A DNA stretch of 64,000 bases, taken from IMG/VR virus record IMGVR_UViG_3300011008_002712, one strand, 5' to 3'. Positions 50,203-59,939 of this stretch are shown piece by piece. The DNA comes from a virus (lineage: Duplodnaviria > Caudoviricetes). Position 1 is the stretch's first letter; each line of letters begins with the position of its first letter. A program made the position numbers and the translations under genes. The notes beneath the pieces were generated by a model. That model ran no database searches, was not told where the DNA came from, and saw only the letters and a list, made by a program, of their open reading frames with translations.

Positions 50203-50640
50203 ATGACAAAAGAAGATCATGAAGATTCAAAGATTCTTGAATTCCAGAACGAAGATGTTTTGATCATAGATCTATGTTATGTAATCAATGATGATCCAAC
50301 AAATCTCGATTCTTCCGGCATGACAAAATATATAACAAAATCTAATTTTTACGGAGATCTATGCTATGAAATATTTGACAAAGATTCTAAAAAACTTATA
50401 GACAAATTTTATACTAATATAGGAATGATTTTTGTATCTTCTCTTGATGAAGTAAAGAAATTTTTGAATCAAGAAATTGAGGATTGGATTGAAGAATATC
50501 CATGCCGCGCTACAATTTTAAGAAATTATACTGGGAAAATCCAAATCAAAACTGGATACGACAAGAAAAATCATAAGTTTTACAGATACATAGAAGGAGA
50601 AGGTTCAATCAACTTTATTGGAAAACAAATAAAATTTTGA
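50203..50640 (+). CDS. Truncated paralog of 44805..45707
   Basis: EDVLI; SLDEVKKFLN; RATILxNYTGKIQIKT shared. Confidence 0.75.
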   Translation: MTKEDHEDSKILEFQNEDVLIIDLCYVINDDPTNLDSSGMTKYITKSNFYGDLCYEIFDKDSKKLIDKFYTNIGMIFVSSLDEVKKFLNQEIEDWIEEYPCRATILRNYTGKIQIKTGYDKKNHKFYRYIEGEGSINFIGKQIKF

Positions 50641-50669
50641 AAATAATAACTACAAAAACATAATATTAT

Positions 50670-51194
50670 TTAATCACATTTAATGTTTTTATATTCGTTG
50701 CTATTGCGAACTTCTTTTTGTTTTATTTTTAATTCTATAGAAGCTTTTTCCAATTTGACATTCAATTCGTTTAATCTTTTTTCAAAACTTTCATCTTTTT
50801 TTATTCTTTGCTCATATCCGAACAGCTGATTGGTAGCGTTGACAGTATAAGTATACACATCAATCCTATCCAACAAACACTGCAAAGATTTGATTTGTTT
50901 CTTTAGCGATGCAACAATTAATAATTCGTTGCGGCAAGCTCGCTTCATAAACAAACGGCGATTTTTTGCAAGACTGGCTTTGCGTTTCTTTTCCATTTCA
51001 ATTTCATATATGCGTTTGCGATATTCTTCTTCTGCAGCTTTTTGAATAACATATGTTTCATATTTCTCTTCTATCGTCTCATCTTCTTCCAATTCGCTGC
51101 ATGGCGGATAGATTAGATTATTGCCAACGCATGTTATGCCATTACATCCTTCTTTTTTGAATGGACAAACTTCGCAATCAATTTCGTCGGTCAT
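50670..51194 (-). CDS. Cys-rich N-terminus plus coiled-coil hypothetical protein
   Basis: CEVCPF...C...C...PPC. Confidence 0.7.
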   Translation of the reverse strand: MTDEIDCEVCPFKKEGCNGITCVGNNLIYPPCSELEEDETIEEKYETYVIQKAAEEEYRKRIYEIEMEKKRKASLAKNRRLFMKRACRNELLIVASLKKQIKSLQCLLDRIDVYTYTVNATNQLFGYEQRIKKDESFEKRLNELNVKLEKASIELKIKQKEVRNSNEYKNIKCD

Positions 51195-51326
51195 GTAAAA
51201 TCACCCTTTCGCTAATTTCTAATTTTATTATACCATAAAATTGAAATTTTGTACAAACTTATTTACAAATTATTGAAAATATGATATAATCTAAATAGAT
51301 GGAGCAATATTTGATGCATTAAACGA

Positions 51327-51764
51327 TTGGTGACAATGATGTTTAAAAAAATTTACAACATGAAAGAAATACAAAAAGAAAAAGGACTATATTATCCTTA
51401 TGTTATGCAACTCTTGGGAGCACCTGTCATAAAAGGACGCCTGCTTTGCCAAACTAATATTGCATATCTTTATAACAACCAAATTGAACATATATTCAAT
51501 ACACTTATTGGAATTTATATTCCTAACGAAAATGATAAACATGATTATTCTAATAAGCTGTTCAAAAAAATTTCCATTAGTGAATTCAAGGATTCTGTGA
51601 TTTGGGCAATAGCAGATTTATTTTACGGAGGATGCGATCCAGAAGATTTTAATGAAGAAGAAGCATTCGGATTTTTTAACAAGGAAATAAAAATACTAAC
51701 AAATAATACGTATCCTTATGAATATGCTACTAAAAAGAAATATGAAGATATTTTGATTGCATAG
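51327..51764 (+). CDS. Hypothetical protein
   Basis: Downstream of promoter TTTACA-N17-TATAAT (51262-51290). Confidence 0.65.
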   Translation: MVTMMFKKIYNMKEIQKEKGLYYPYVMQLLGAPVIKGRLLCQTNIAYLYNNQIEHIFNTLIGIYIPNENDKHDYSNKLFKKISISEFKDSVIWAIADLFYGGCDPEDFNEEEAFGFFNKEIKILTNNTYPYEYATKKKYEDILIA

Positions 51765-51775
51765 AGGAGAAACAT

Positions 51776-52456
51776 ATGAAAATTGTTGTAAATAACAAAA
51801 TCTTTCAGGCAAATATCATCGAAAACGAAAAGACAGTAGAAATTACATCACCTAATGGATATTCTACAAAGTGCGCAATCCACAAAGACGGTGAAAATAA
51901 TGAATTTTTCTATCTTCCCGATCTGAATCTTTTAGACAGTATGCCACATGATCTGGATATAGAATTTTTCGGTAGACCAGCTGATGCTATTAATGCTATT
52001 TTTGATGGCTGGGCTGATGCATGTTTCAGCGCCCCGAATCTATTTGTAGGCATATTTTCTTCTAACCGCAATTTATATCCAATTTATTTTCTTGATAGAA
52101 ACATTGGCAATTTGATGCGTTGCAAAAGCATAGAAGGATGGAAAAAACGTCCTGACTATAAGTGGGTCATTGTACGTTCTAATAATTCTCTCTGCCCAAA
52201 CGAGCACTACCTTCGCAGCGACTGGGATAAACTCCCTCTTGATGACAAAATAAAAACAAATTTCATGTTTGAAATTTTTTACAATGTTAGCCCTAACGGC
52301 GATATCAAAAGCTATAAAATAAACGATATTGTCATACCAGCTTCTAAAATCATGATGTTTGATACAAAAGAAGAAGCTTTGGAATTCATCCCTAAAGTGT
52401 CTATGATTGATAATCTTTTGTACGATCCCCGACAGTTCATTATCATAAATACATAA
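51776..52456 (+). CDS. Hypothetical protein
   Basis: GAGGAG RBS. Confidence 0.7.
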   Translation: MKIVVNNKIFQANIIENEKTVEITSPNGYSTKCAIHKDGENNEFFYLPDLNLLDSMPHDLDIEFFGRPADAINAIFDGWADACFSAPNLFVGIFSSNRNLYPIYFLDRNIGNLMRCKSIEGWKKRPDYKWVIVRSNNSLCPNEHYLRSDWDKLPLDDKIKTNFMFEIFYNVSPNGDIKSYKINDIVIPASKIMMFDTKEEALEFIPKVSMIDNLLYDPRQFIIINT

Positions 52457-52658
52457 AGGAGAAATTGATATGGATATTGATGTTACTAAAGTAGAAGAAG
52501 TTGTTTGTACTGACGGCTATGTTTATAACTATGATGATTGGACAGAAATGCCAATCTATAAAGTTATCCAGCTCCCTAACGGCAAACTGAGAGTAATTCT
52601 TGCTATTATTTAATAAAAAAGTGTTTTTTAATAAAAAAACTAAAAGAGGTGTTTTATT

Positions 52659-53489
52659 ATGCATTTTATTACTAGTGAATCGGTATTTAACTGCAAAAAT
52701 GATAAAAGGGAAATTGATATGGCTTTTCCCAAATTTGGAATTTGGGAAAAAGAAAATGCAATTTCAATGATCTTAAATGATGTCTGTGAGTATCTTTTTC
52801 AAGGAACTTATATTCGCGCTAAAAACGATCCATTGATCATGAATCGTATCTTCTCTGCTTATCCAAAAAACTACAAAGACATTATAGGAACAGCTTATTA
52901 TGGAGAAGAAGGATATAATGACAAACTTGCTCGTATTCGTTTATATAGAAAAGTACGTAAAATGATCCGCTTCTTTGTCAGTGAATTAAAAGCATACTTC
53001 ATTGAAAAGAAAAAAGGAGTAGACACGGCATATTTAAAAAATGTTAATTCTTTCACTGCTTCAAAAAAGACGCGTAATTGCCGTAAATATTTCTTTAATC
53101 ATATCAATTACGAAGTAGATGAAGAAAATAAAATGGTAAGAGCTTATTTTGGTGAAGATATGCGCAGGTCTCGCTGTAGATTTATAAAAATGGCAAAAGA
53201 AGTTTCCACTATTGGCGTTTTTGGCTCTGTCTATACATTCTATTATGCAGATGTATTCATTCGCGACGAACTTCTTTCTCGTACTTATATTGGCATAGCA
53301 AAATATAATAAAGAAGAAGAGACAGAACCTTTTTCTATTAAAAAAGGAAAAGAAATTGCTAAAGCAGATCTAATCAAACGTTATATGACTTTTGAAACAA
53401 AAGTAGCAAAAGATAATTACAATGCTTTTTGTAAAGAAATTGATACTGTCTTAAAAAGAATAGACAAAATTCTTACAGAAGCAAAATAA
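52659..53489 (+). CDS. Hypothetical protein sharing its C-terminal domain with 22430..22828
   Basis: YIGIAKYNKEEETEPFSIKKGKEIA. Confidence 0.75.
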   Translation: MHFITSESVFNCKNDKREIDMAFPKFGIWEKENAISMILNDVCEYLFQGTYIRAKNDPLIMNRIFSAYPKNYKDIIGTAYYGEEGYNDKLARIRLYRKVRKMIRFFVSELKAYFIEKKKGVDTAYLKNVNSFTASKKTRNCRKYFFNHINYEVDEENKMVRAYFGEDMRRSRCRFIKMAKEVSTIGVFGSVYTFYYADVFIRDELLSRTYIGIAKYNKEEETEPFSIKKGKEIAKADLIKRYMTFETKVAKDNYNAFCKEIDTVLKRIDKILTEAK

Positions 53490-53522
53490 AATTAGTCTAT
53501 ATATAGGGAGTTTTTATAAAAC

Positions 53523-53717
53523 ATGGAAAAGAAATTGGTTGATATAATACTAGACAACAAAATGGCACTTTCAAAAGCAGAAGCAAAAAGATTAATCTTA
53601 AGCAATGCAGTAAAAGTAGACAAAGTTATCTGCAACAATTTAGACACAACGCTAGATATAAACAAACATTTTGAAATATCAATTGGAAAAACAAAAAAGT
53701 ATTCGTCCATAATATAA
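53523..53717 (+). CDS. Stand-alone S4 RNA-binding domain (TyrRS C-terminal-like)
   Basis: LVDIIL...SKAEAKRLILSNAVKVD...IGKTK. Confidence 0.75.
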   Translation: MEKKLVDIILDNKMALSKAEAKRLILSNAVKVDKVICNNLDTTLDINKHFEISIGKTKKYSSII

Positions 53718-53773
53718 TCAAGTTGGTTTTTTAATCAACTTGATTATATGCTAAAATACTACTGGAGAATAAT

Positions 53774-54082
53774 ATGAGCGATATCAAGAAAAAGTATCTA
53801 ATATATTTGAAGAGCCAAAAAGATCATGAACACGACTCTGACAATGTTTATGGATTTTACTTGGGAAAAACTTACCAAAAAGATTATCAAATATTTCCAG
53901 TATCTAGCATGAATGAAGATACTGTCATAACAGAAGGGAAATTCTATAAAACTAAAAATGCCGCTATACATGCAGCAAAAAGATTATTATTTAAATGTGC
54001 TTATGTTCATTCTTATGAGATTATAGAATTTCCTAGCGATAATTTTTCAGAATATGTTCGTAATGTCTACACGAATAATTAA
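53774..54082 (+). CDS. Hypothetical protein
   Basis: GGAG RBS. Confidence 0.65.
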   Translation: MSDIKKKYLIYLKSQKDHEHDSDNVYGFYLGKTYQKDYQIFPVSSMNEDTVITEGKFYKTKNAAIHAAKRLLFKCAYVHSYEIIEFPSDNFSEYVRNVYTNN

Positions 54083-54279
54083 ATCTTACATATATAACAA
54101 AAATGTTGTATATGAAAAACGTATTTGAGGTCAAAAATTTTAACCTCATATCAATGAACAACAAATACTATAGCATGAATTACAAAAATATCATTGTATA
54201 AGTATTACGCGAGAGCAGCGAGCATGAAGTGCAGATGAGGCGCGAGGACTAATCAAAGCGCTTCTATTTTTTTATTTAT

Positions 54280-54980
54280 TTTATTTTTGTTCTATATATA
54301 AAGAAAGATTTTTGTTTTTAATATAAAAAAATCTATAGTGTCTTTAGTACTTGTTCTTATTTCTATTCTATTTTTTTATTTATTCTGCTTCTGCGCTCAT
54401 TTTTATTTTTCAAACATTCTATATATATAGAGAATTTTTTCTTTTAATATAAAAAATCTATAGCGTCTTCAGGTTCTTTATTCTATATATCTATATTTTT
54501 TTATTTTTATTTTTTCCAAACATTAAATTCTTCTATATATAGAGAGAATTTTTTAACATAAAATATGTTATAGTGCTTCAGTTTTTGTTTTTGTTCTATA
54601 TAAAAAATTTTACTTTTGTTCTTGATTTTGTTTTTCTATATAGAGAGAATTTTTGCTCTTACTTGTTTTTTCTCTTATCCGTTCTTAATTCTTTCTATAT
54701 ATAGAAATTTTTGTTTCTAACATAAAAGTTTATCTATTGATGTTCTTGTATTAAATTTCTTTCTATACAAAAAATTTTTATCTATATATCTAGATTTCTT
54801 TTAGTGCAGAATTTTTATTTATTATTTCTTCTATAAAGAAACTTTTTATTCTTCTAATAAAAGAAAAGTTTTATAGATTCTTTTTATATATCTAGAGAGC
54901 TTTTTATTTTTGTATGTTTTATTCTCTATATATTTAGATTTTCTTTATATATAGAGAATTTTTTCTTCTATATAGTTTTG
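54280..54980. repeat. Degenerate repeats of TTCTATATATAGAGAATTTTT in a 1.1-kb noncoding region; candidate replication origin
   Basis: More than 10 near-palindromic TCTATATA(T)AGA cores; longer units about 115-127 bp apart at 54290, 54417 and 54531. Confidence 0.65.
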
Positions 54981-55347
54981 CTGGTTTTTTTGTAAAAGAA
55001 AGTTAAAACAATTGCAGAGAATATTAATATCTAATGATTTTTATAGAAAATGGTTATAAAAAATATAAAAAACGCAAATATTTTTCTAAGAATATTTGCG
55101 CTAATTTTTTGATAAGGGAATTTTTTTGCTTATTTCATTTAAATGACACTAATTTTATTTTACATTTTATCGTTCTTTGAATTTATTACGGGATAATAAT
55201 TATTTTTAATTTATTACTGTATACTTGGTGGAAACAAATGAATTATTGTGTATGTTTTTATAAATAATTTCATCATTGAGACGTAATGTTTTATGTAACA
55301 CAATTCTGAAATCATAATAACTATAATCAGAAATGTATGGTTTGATG

Positions 55348-55644
55348 TTACAGCCCATTATATTTAATATAGTATGTTTCTGTGAGATACATAATAAAAT
55401 CATGAATAATTACTTCCAGCTGCATTTGCAAAAAGATTTTATCGTGAGCAGGAATGATAATATTATATTTTTTTTCTAGATTCAAGATGATGCGTTCTGA
55501 TGAATATGGAAATTCAATAAAAGAAAGAGTTGGGACGTATACGGTTGGGATGAATGTGATTTTATATACAAATGGCTTGTAGTTTTCATAGAAAAACAAT
55601 TTGAGTGAAAGAGTATGATTTATGAATTGTGACGTAAAATGCAA
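55348..55644 (-). CDS. Hypothetical protein with C-terminal motif (YYIKYNGL*)
   Basis: ORF track; motif family member. Confidence 0.65.
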   Translation of the reverse strand: MHFTSQFINHTLSLKLFFYENYKPFVYKITFIPTVYVPTLSFIEFPYSSERIILNLEKKYNIIIPAHDKIFLQMQLEVIIHDFIMYLTETYYIKYNGL

Positions 55645-55647
55645 TGT

Positions 55648-55977
55648 TTATATGCCTTCTTTCTTGATATAATCATTAAATATTTTTTGAGCTATGATGA
55701 TTAAATCTTTTTCTATATAATTTGTATTTTTAATAGATGGGTGTCTGATTGTGTTGACTGCGCGCTGGATAATAAATTTGTAGTTCAAAGTATTGATTGG
55801 GATGATAGATGAAATAGTATGTAGTGTAAAATTGTGTGCACCGTTATATTGGATAGTAATGTCCATGTAGTCTTGTTCTGGTGAAGGAATAGTAAAATAG
55901 ATTCCTCCAGATAGGTTGTCGTGCTCATAGTATGCTACATAACTCATGTTTTTATATGTTTTAGTATTGATTAACAT
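55648..55977 (-). CDS. Hypothetical protein with C-terminal motif (DYIKKEGI*)
   Basis: Start MLINTK after GAGG; the track ORF extends to 56058. Confidence 0.7.
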   Translation of the reverse strand: MLINTKTYKNMSYVAYYEHDNLSGGIYFTIPSPEQDYMDITIQYNGAHNFTLHTISSIIPINTLNYKFIIQRAVNTIRHPSIKNTNYIEKDLIIIAQKIFNDYIKKEGI

Positions 55978-55984
55978 AATAGCC

Positions 55985-56278
55985 TCACAATCCAAAAAAT
56001 AAAATAAAACACTCTTTATGCGACAGGAAGAAATCATTGAATTTGTAAAAATGTTCATTTTTTGCTTCTAAGAACACGGCTATACTGTCTAAGTATCTAT
56101 GTATTGTCTTTGTTTGTTTTGATTTGATGTGTATGATATAGTCTATGTCGTAATACCTTGATGATACTTCTAGGTATACATCTTGAAATAAAATTGTGAT
56201 GTTATTGTTTTTGTATGGTATAATGATTCTCATGTAGTCTGAATCTGGACTGTCATAAAACCCTTTGAATACACTCAT
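55985..56278 (-). CDS. Hypothetical protein with C-terminal motif (CFILFFGL*)
   Basis: ORF track; motif family member. Confidence 0.7.
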   Translation of the reverse strand: MSVFKGFYDSPDSDYMRIIIPYKNNNITILFQDVYLEVSSRYYDIDYIIHIKSKQTKTIHRYLDSIAVFLEAKNEHFYKFNDFFLSHKECFILFFGL

Positions 56279-56610
56279 AATCCGTACCTCAGTATAAAAG
56301 ATGGAATATATTTCAATGAGTCTTGTTCTGTAAGAAAATTATGCTGGGTGACATAGCATTCATCTTTGATATGAAAAACTACTTCAAAAACTTTTTCTTT
56401 CCATTTTTTTGTTATTGATATGATTGCAGTGACAGTATAAGTGATGATGACAGCCACATCTGTAACGACAACAGTTTTGACGTATTTATTCGGGTTTTCA
56501 ATGCACATGAACAAAGTGCGGTGAGAAGACATGATTGAATCAAGATTAACATAGAAACATTCATTCACGGTGTTATCATAAAATTTTTTGTACTTTTTTA
56601 GTATTTTCAT
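56275..56610 (-). CDS. Hypothetical protein with C-terminal motif (SFILRYGL*)
   Basis: AGGAGG RBS; motif family member. Confidence 0.7.
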   Translation of the reverse strand: MKILKKYKKFYDNTVNECFYVNLDSIMSSHRTLFMCIENPNKYVKTVVVTDVAVIITYTVTAIISITKKWKEKVFEVVFHIKDECYVTQHNFLTEQDSLKYIPSFILRYGL

Positions 56611-56751
56611 AGCCCGCCTCCTGATTCTATTCTACTATAAATAACATTGAAAGTACATAATGAAAAACAAAAATGTTTGTACTTTCAATAGAAAATGTGA
56701 TAGAATAATAAAGAAATATATAAAAAGTGGCGAGGTATGAAAGGATATTAG

Positions 56752-57072
56752 ATGAAAGAAAGAAGATTGGAGTACAAAGACGTGGATGTAGAAAAAAGTG
56801 TTTCAAAAAGTTATACAAGGCACTGGAAAGAATACGAGTTTGCGTTCAACAGCAGGTACATAGATGACATTGGTGTATTCTCAGTGAACGTATTCAGGAT
56901 GAACGACAAAGAATGGATAGACGGCTCATCTTGGAGCTATGATTTAAAAGGGCCGAAAAAGTTTCCAATTCTTAATAACATATCAGATGAATATCATGCA
57001 ATAGTTGAAAGAGCGGCTAAGAGGTTTGCATTGGCATCTGAGAAAGGATATGTCTTGCATGAAGGATTATAA
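56752..57072 (+). CDS. Hypothetical protein with C-terminal motif (GYVLHEGL*)
   Basis: AAAGGA RBS; motif family member. Confidence 0.7.
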   Translation: MKERRLEYKDVDVEKSVSKSYTRHWKEYEFAFNSRYIDDIGVFSVNVFRMNDKEWIDGSSWSYDLKGPKKFPILNNISDEYHAIVERAAKRFALASEKGYVLHEGL

Positions 57073-58063
57073 AGATGTACTGAAAAAACAAGAATATCAG
57101 TTTTTGAAAGAAATAAATTCGTGCTATCTTGTCATGGCTGGCAGCATTGCTTATGGCACCAACAATGAAAATTCCGATGTAGACATAAGAGGATGCTATC
57201 TTGACAATCCCTGCGAATCATTTCATATGGAAAAAGCAAAGAAAGAAGAAATTGAGGACAGCAATACTGACACGGTAGTATATGCATTGAGAAAATATGC
57301 TAGGCTGCTGTGCCAGTGCAATCCTAATACAATAGAAAGTTTGGGAGTCAAAGATGAGCATGTTTTATATATCAATGACATAGGCAAGATGCTGAGAAGT
57401 AATAGAAAGATGTTTCTCAGCAAGAAAGCATATATCACATTTGCTCAGTATGCTAACGCACAGCTGAGGAGGCTAGAGAATGCATTAGCTAGAGACACTT
57501 ATGAGCAGAATGAAAAAGAAAAGCATATCATGAAGAGCATAGAAGCTCAGATGATGAATGCTAAAAATGAATACAAAAATTATGACAAGGTAAAGAAATT
57601 AAATTTTGAAATAAAAAGCAGCGACAAAAAAGAATATGACAGCGAGATATATCTTGATATAAATGTAGAAAGCATGCCGCTGAGAGACTTTTTGAGGATA
57701 AATTCTGACATGTCCAACATGATCAGGAATTATGGAAAATTGAATAAACGTAACCACAAAAAAGACTTCAATCATCTTTGCAAGCATGCGATGCATTTGA
57801 TCAGGCTGTACTATATGGGAATAGACATCATCAAGAATCATGAAATAATAACATATAGAGAAAATGAGCATGATTTCTTGATGGCCGTGAGGAACGGGCT
57901 AGTATCGTTTGATGAAGTATTCGCAAAGCAGAGAGAATTGGAAAAGATAATGAATGACGAGTACGAAAAGACGACGCTTCCTGATGAACCCATGTATGAT
58001 AAAATAAATGCTATGTTAGAAGATATATATATGTCTGTCATAAGAGGTGAGATGAAGGCGTGA
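57005..58063 (+). CDS. Pol-beta-superfamily nucleotidyltransferase (YcgL/PF10127-like; probable start 57059)
   Basis: GSIAYGTNNENSDVDIRG; CNPNTIE; KHAMHLIRL. Confidence 0.85.
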   Translation: MKERLRGLHWHLRKDMSCMKDYKDVLKKQEYQFLKEINSCYLVMAGSIAYGTNNENSDVDIRGCYLDNPCESFHMEKAKKEEIEDSNTDTVVYALRKYARLLCQCNPNTIESLGVKDEHVLYINDIGKMLRSNRKMFLSKKAYITFAQYANAQLRRLENALARDTYEQNEKEKHIMKSIEAQMMNAKNEYKNYDKVKKLNFEIKSSDKKEYDSEIYLDINVESMPLRDFLRINSDMSNMIRNYGKLNKRNHKKDFNHLCKHAMHLIRLYYMGIDIIKNHEIITYRENEHDFLMAVRNGLVSFDEVFAKQRELEKIMNDEYEKTTLPDEPMYDKINAMLEDIYMSVIRGEMKA

Positions 58064-58093
58064 GAGCGCGCAGCAATATGTTCATACTGCATC

Positions 58094-58447
58094 TTGAAAG
58101 GAGCAAAAATTATGGAATCAAATTCCGATATTCTTGCTAAGAAAGACAGAGAAATTTTGGAGCTCAATGTCCTTGTATTTGGATATCATCAATTACTTGT
58201 TGGATTAATCAAAGATTTTGTCAATAATGAACTTGACGAAGAATTTTGCGACTGTTGTTATGGAGGTCCTTTGTGCGATCACATAAATGATCCAAGCAGC
58301 AGGTGCGTTTACTTAAAACTTCAAAATATTGGAGAACATTGGAATACTTACGAAATAGAGAAAATTATAAAACAAGTAAAACGTAGCAAGTCTGAGCTCT
58401 TCAAGATGTATGGGAATGAGATTATCAGAGAACTTGAAGAAGATTAA
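58094..58447 (+). CDS. Hypothetical Cys-containing protein
   Basis: ORF track. Confidence 0.6.
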   Translation: MKGAKIMESNSDILAKKDREILELNVLVFGYHQLLVGLIKDFVNNELDEEFCDCCYGGPLCDHINDPSSRCVYLKLQNIGEHWNTYEIEKIIKQVKRSKSELFKMYGNEIIRELEED

Positions 58448-58450
58448 AAT

Positions 58451-58993
58451 ATGAGGAGAATACAAATGACAAAACAAGAAAGAATGTACTGTGATTATAT
58501 TGAAAATCACGTAAATAACGTTTATAGGGCGTATCAATTGATTGGAGACATTTTGCATGAAGACTTAGATTTTGACGATCTTAGTTTAGTGAAAAGAGTT
58601 AACACTCATGACACTTCAAAATGGAGTGAAGATGAATTTGAAGCATACAGGCAAAATTTTTATCCATCAGAGCGTGAAAGAACAGACGAAGACATGTTTG
58701 AAAAGGCTTGGCAGCATCATTACAAAAACAACGATCATCATCCAGAACATTACGTATTTAATTACGCATTTTTAAACGGAGAAATCAAGCAGCTTGCGAA
58801 AGAAATGCCAGATGAAGCTATAGCAGAAATGTTTTGTGATTGGACTGCTATGTCATTGAATTTCAAGACATCTTTGAAAAAATGGTATGACAGAGCGATG
58901 AAAGACGGAAAATTTGTTTTCAATGAAAAAACACTTGAAAAAGTAGATCGTATTATGTCAAAAGAGTGGGTAAAAGATATTCATCTTAAGTGA
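58451..58993 (+). CDS. HD-like (DUF5662-type) protein
   Basis: H...HDTSKW; AWQHHYKNNDHHPEH; EMFCDW. Confidence 0.8.
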   Translation: MRRIQMTKQERMYCDYIENHVNNVYRAYQLIGDILHEDLDFDDLSLVKRVNTHDTSKWSEDEFEAYRQNFYPSERERTDEDMFEKAWQHHYKNNDHHPEHYVFNYAFLNGEIKQLAKEMPDEAIAEMFCDWTAMSLNFKTSLKKWYDRAMKDGKFVFNEKTLEKVDRIMSKEWVKDIHLK

Positions 58994-59000
58994 ATGGAGT

Positions 59001-59939
59001 GTGGTATCATTGACAATGATTAGTGATGCAATGGTTCATAGATTTTTGAAAGATTTTTCGATTTCTCTTCCAGTAGAAAGAAAAGAATTTTTAGATTATT
59101 ATCTTGAAACATTTGATTCATACTTTGATATGAAGAATAAATTTGACATTTTTATGAAATGTAGAAGCTATTTTGCTAATGACGAACATTTCTATACTTA
59201 TCGTAATCGTGTAGTAGAACAAATTCTTTCTTATATTGAAAGCCATAAAAAATATATTGAATTCAATAACTGCAATTGCAAGTTTGATGAAGGATTATTG
59301 ACTACCAAGCTTCACAATAGAGACATTTTCAATCTAGAAAACGTTGGTAAGACATTTCTGAGCATTGACTTAGTAAGCGGCAATTTTACTGCAATGAAGC
59401 ATTTTGATAAAGATTTAGTCAAACATGCTGAAACATGGAAAGAATTCATGCATATCTTTTCAGAATTTGATTATTTTGCAGAAGCTAAGCATTTTCGTCA
59501 GGTTCTTTTAGGAAAATTGAATCCCAAAAGAATCATGAGATATGAGAGACTTTTGTTAGAGAGAGATATATTGAAATTTATCATTGACGATGATAAAAAT
59601 AATTTGAAGTTAGAACATATTGTCAGTCATAATTATGATGAAATCATTTTTGAGGTAGACAAAGATTTCGATGAATGTTCAGTAAATGTGCCAGAATCAT
59701 ACAAAAATGATGTACACATTGAAAAGTTTGTTTTAGAAAACATCACTCCGTATAAAATGTTTATAAAGCGTAATGGAACAAAAATGAAATTCAAATGCGT
59801 TAATTCTAAATTATTTCCGCAAGTATACAAGCATGTTATGGGATTGCCATTGCATGAAAAAGATATGTATTTCATTTCAGATACTGGACATTTATCTAAG
59901 TATATTGAAAAATTGAAATTTGAGGAGGAAGAGAGTTGA
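59001..59939 (+). CDS. Hypothetical protein with polymerase-palm-like motifs
   Basis: FLSIDLVSGNF and VSHNYDEIIFEV resemble family A polymerase motifs A and C. Confidence 0.5.
   Translation: MVSLTMISDAMVHRFLKDFSISLPVERKEFLDYYLETFDSYFDMKNKFDIFMKCRSYFANDEHFYTYRNRVVEQILSYIESHKKYIEFNNCNCKFDEGLLTTKLHNRDIFNLENVGKTFLSIDLVSGNFTAMKHFDKDLVKHAETWKEFMHIFSEFDYFAEAKHFRQVLLGKLNPKRIMRYERLLLERDILKFIIDDDKNNLKLEHIVSHNYDEIIFEVDKDFDECSVNVPESYKNDVHIEKFVLENITPYKMFIKRNGTKMKFKCVNSKLFPQVYKHVMGLPLHEKDMYFISDTGHLSKYIEKLKFEEEES

Noticed and set aside
54280-54980. Possible CRISPR array
   Set aside because: The repeats are degenerate, irregularly spaced and separated by low-complexity AT sequence rather than unique spacers; no cas genes are in the window
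56607-56630. Reading ESGGGL* upstream of 56610 as another motif member
   Set aside because: No start codon in that frame; it is just the GGAGG RBS and ATGA of the next gene
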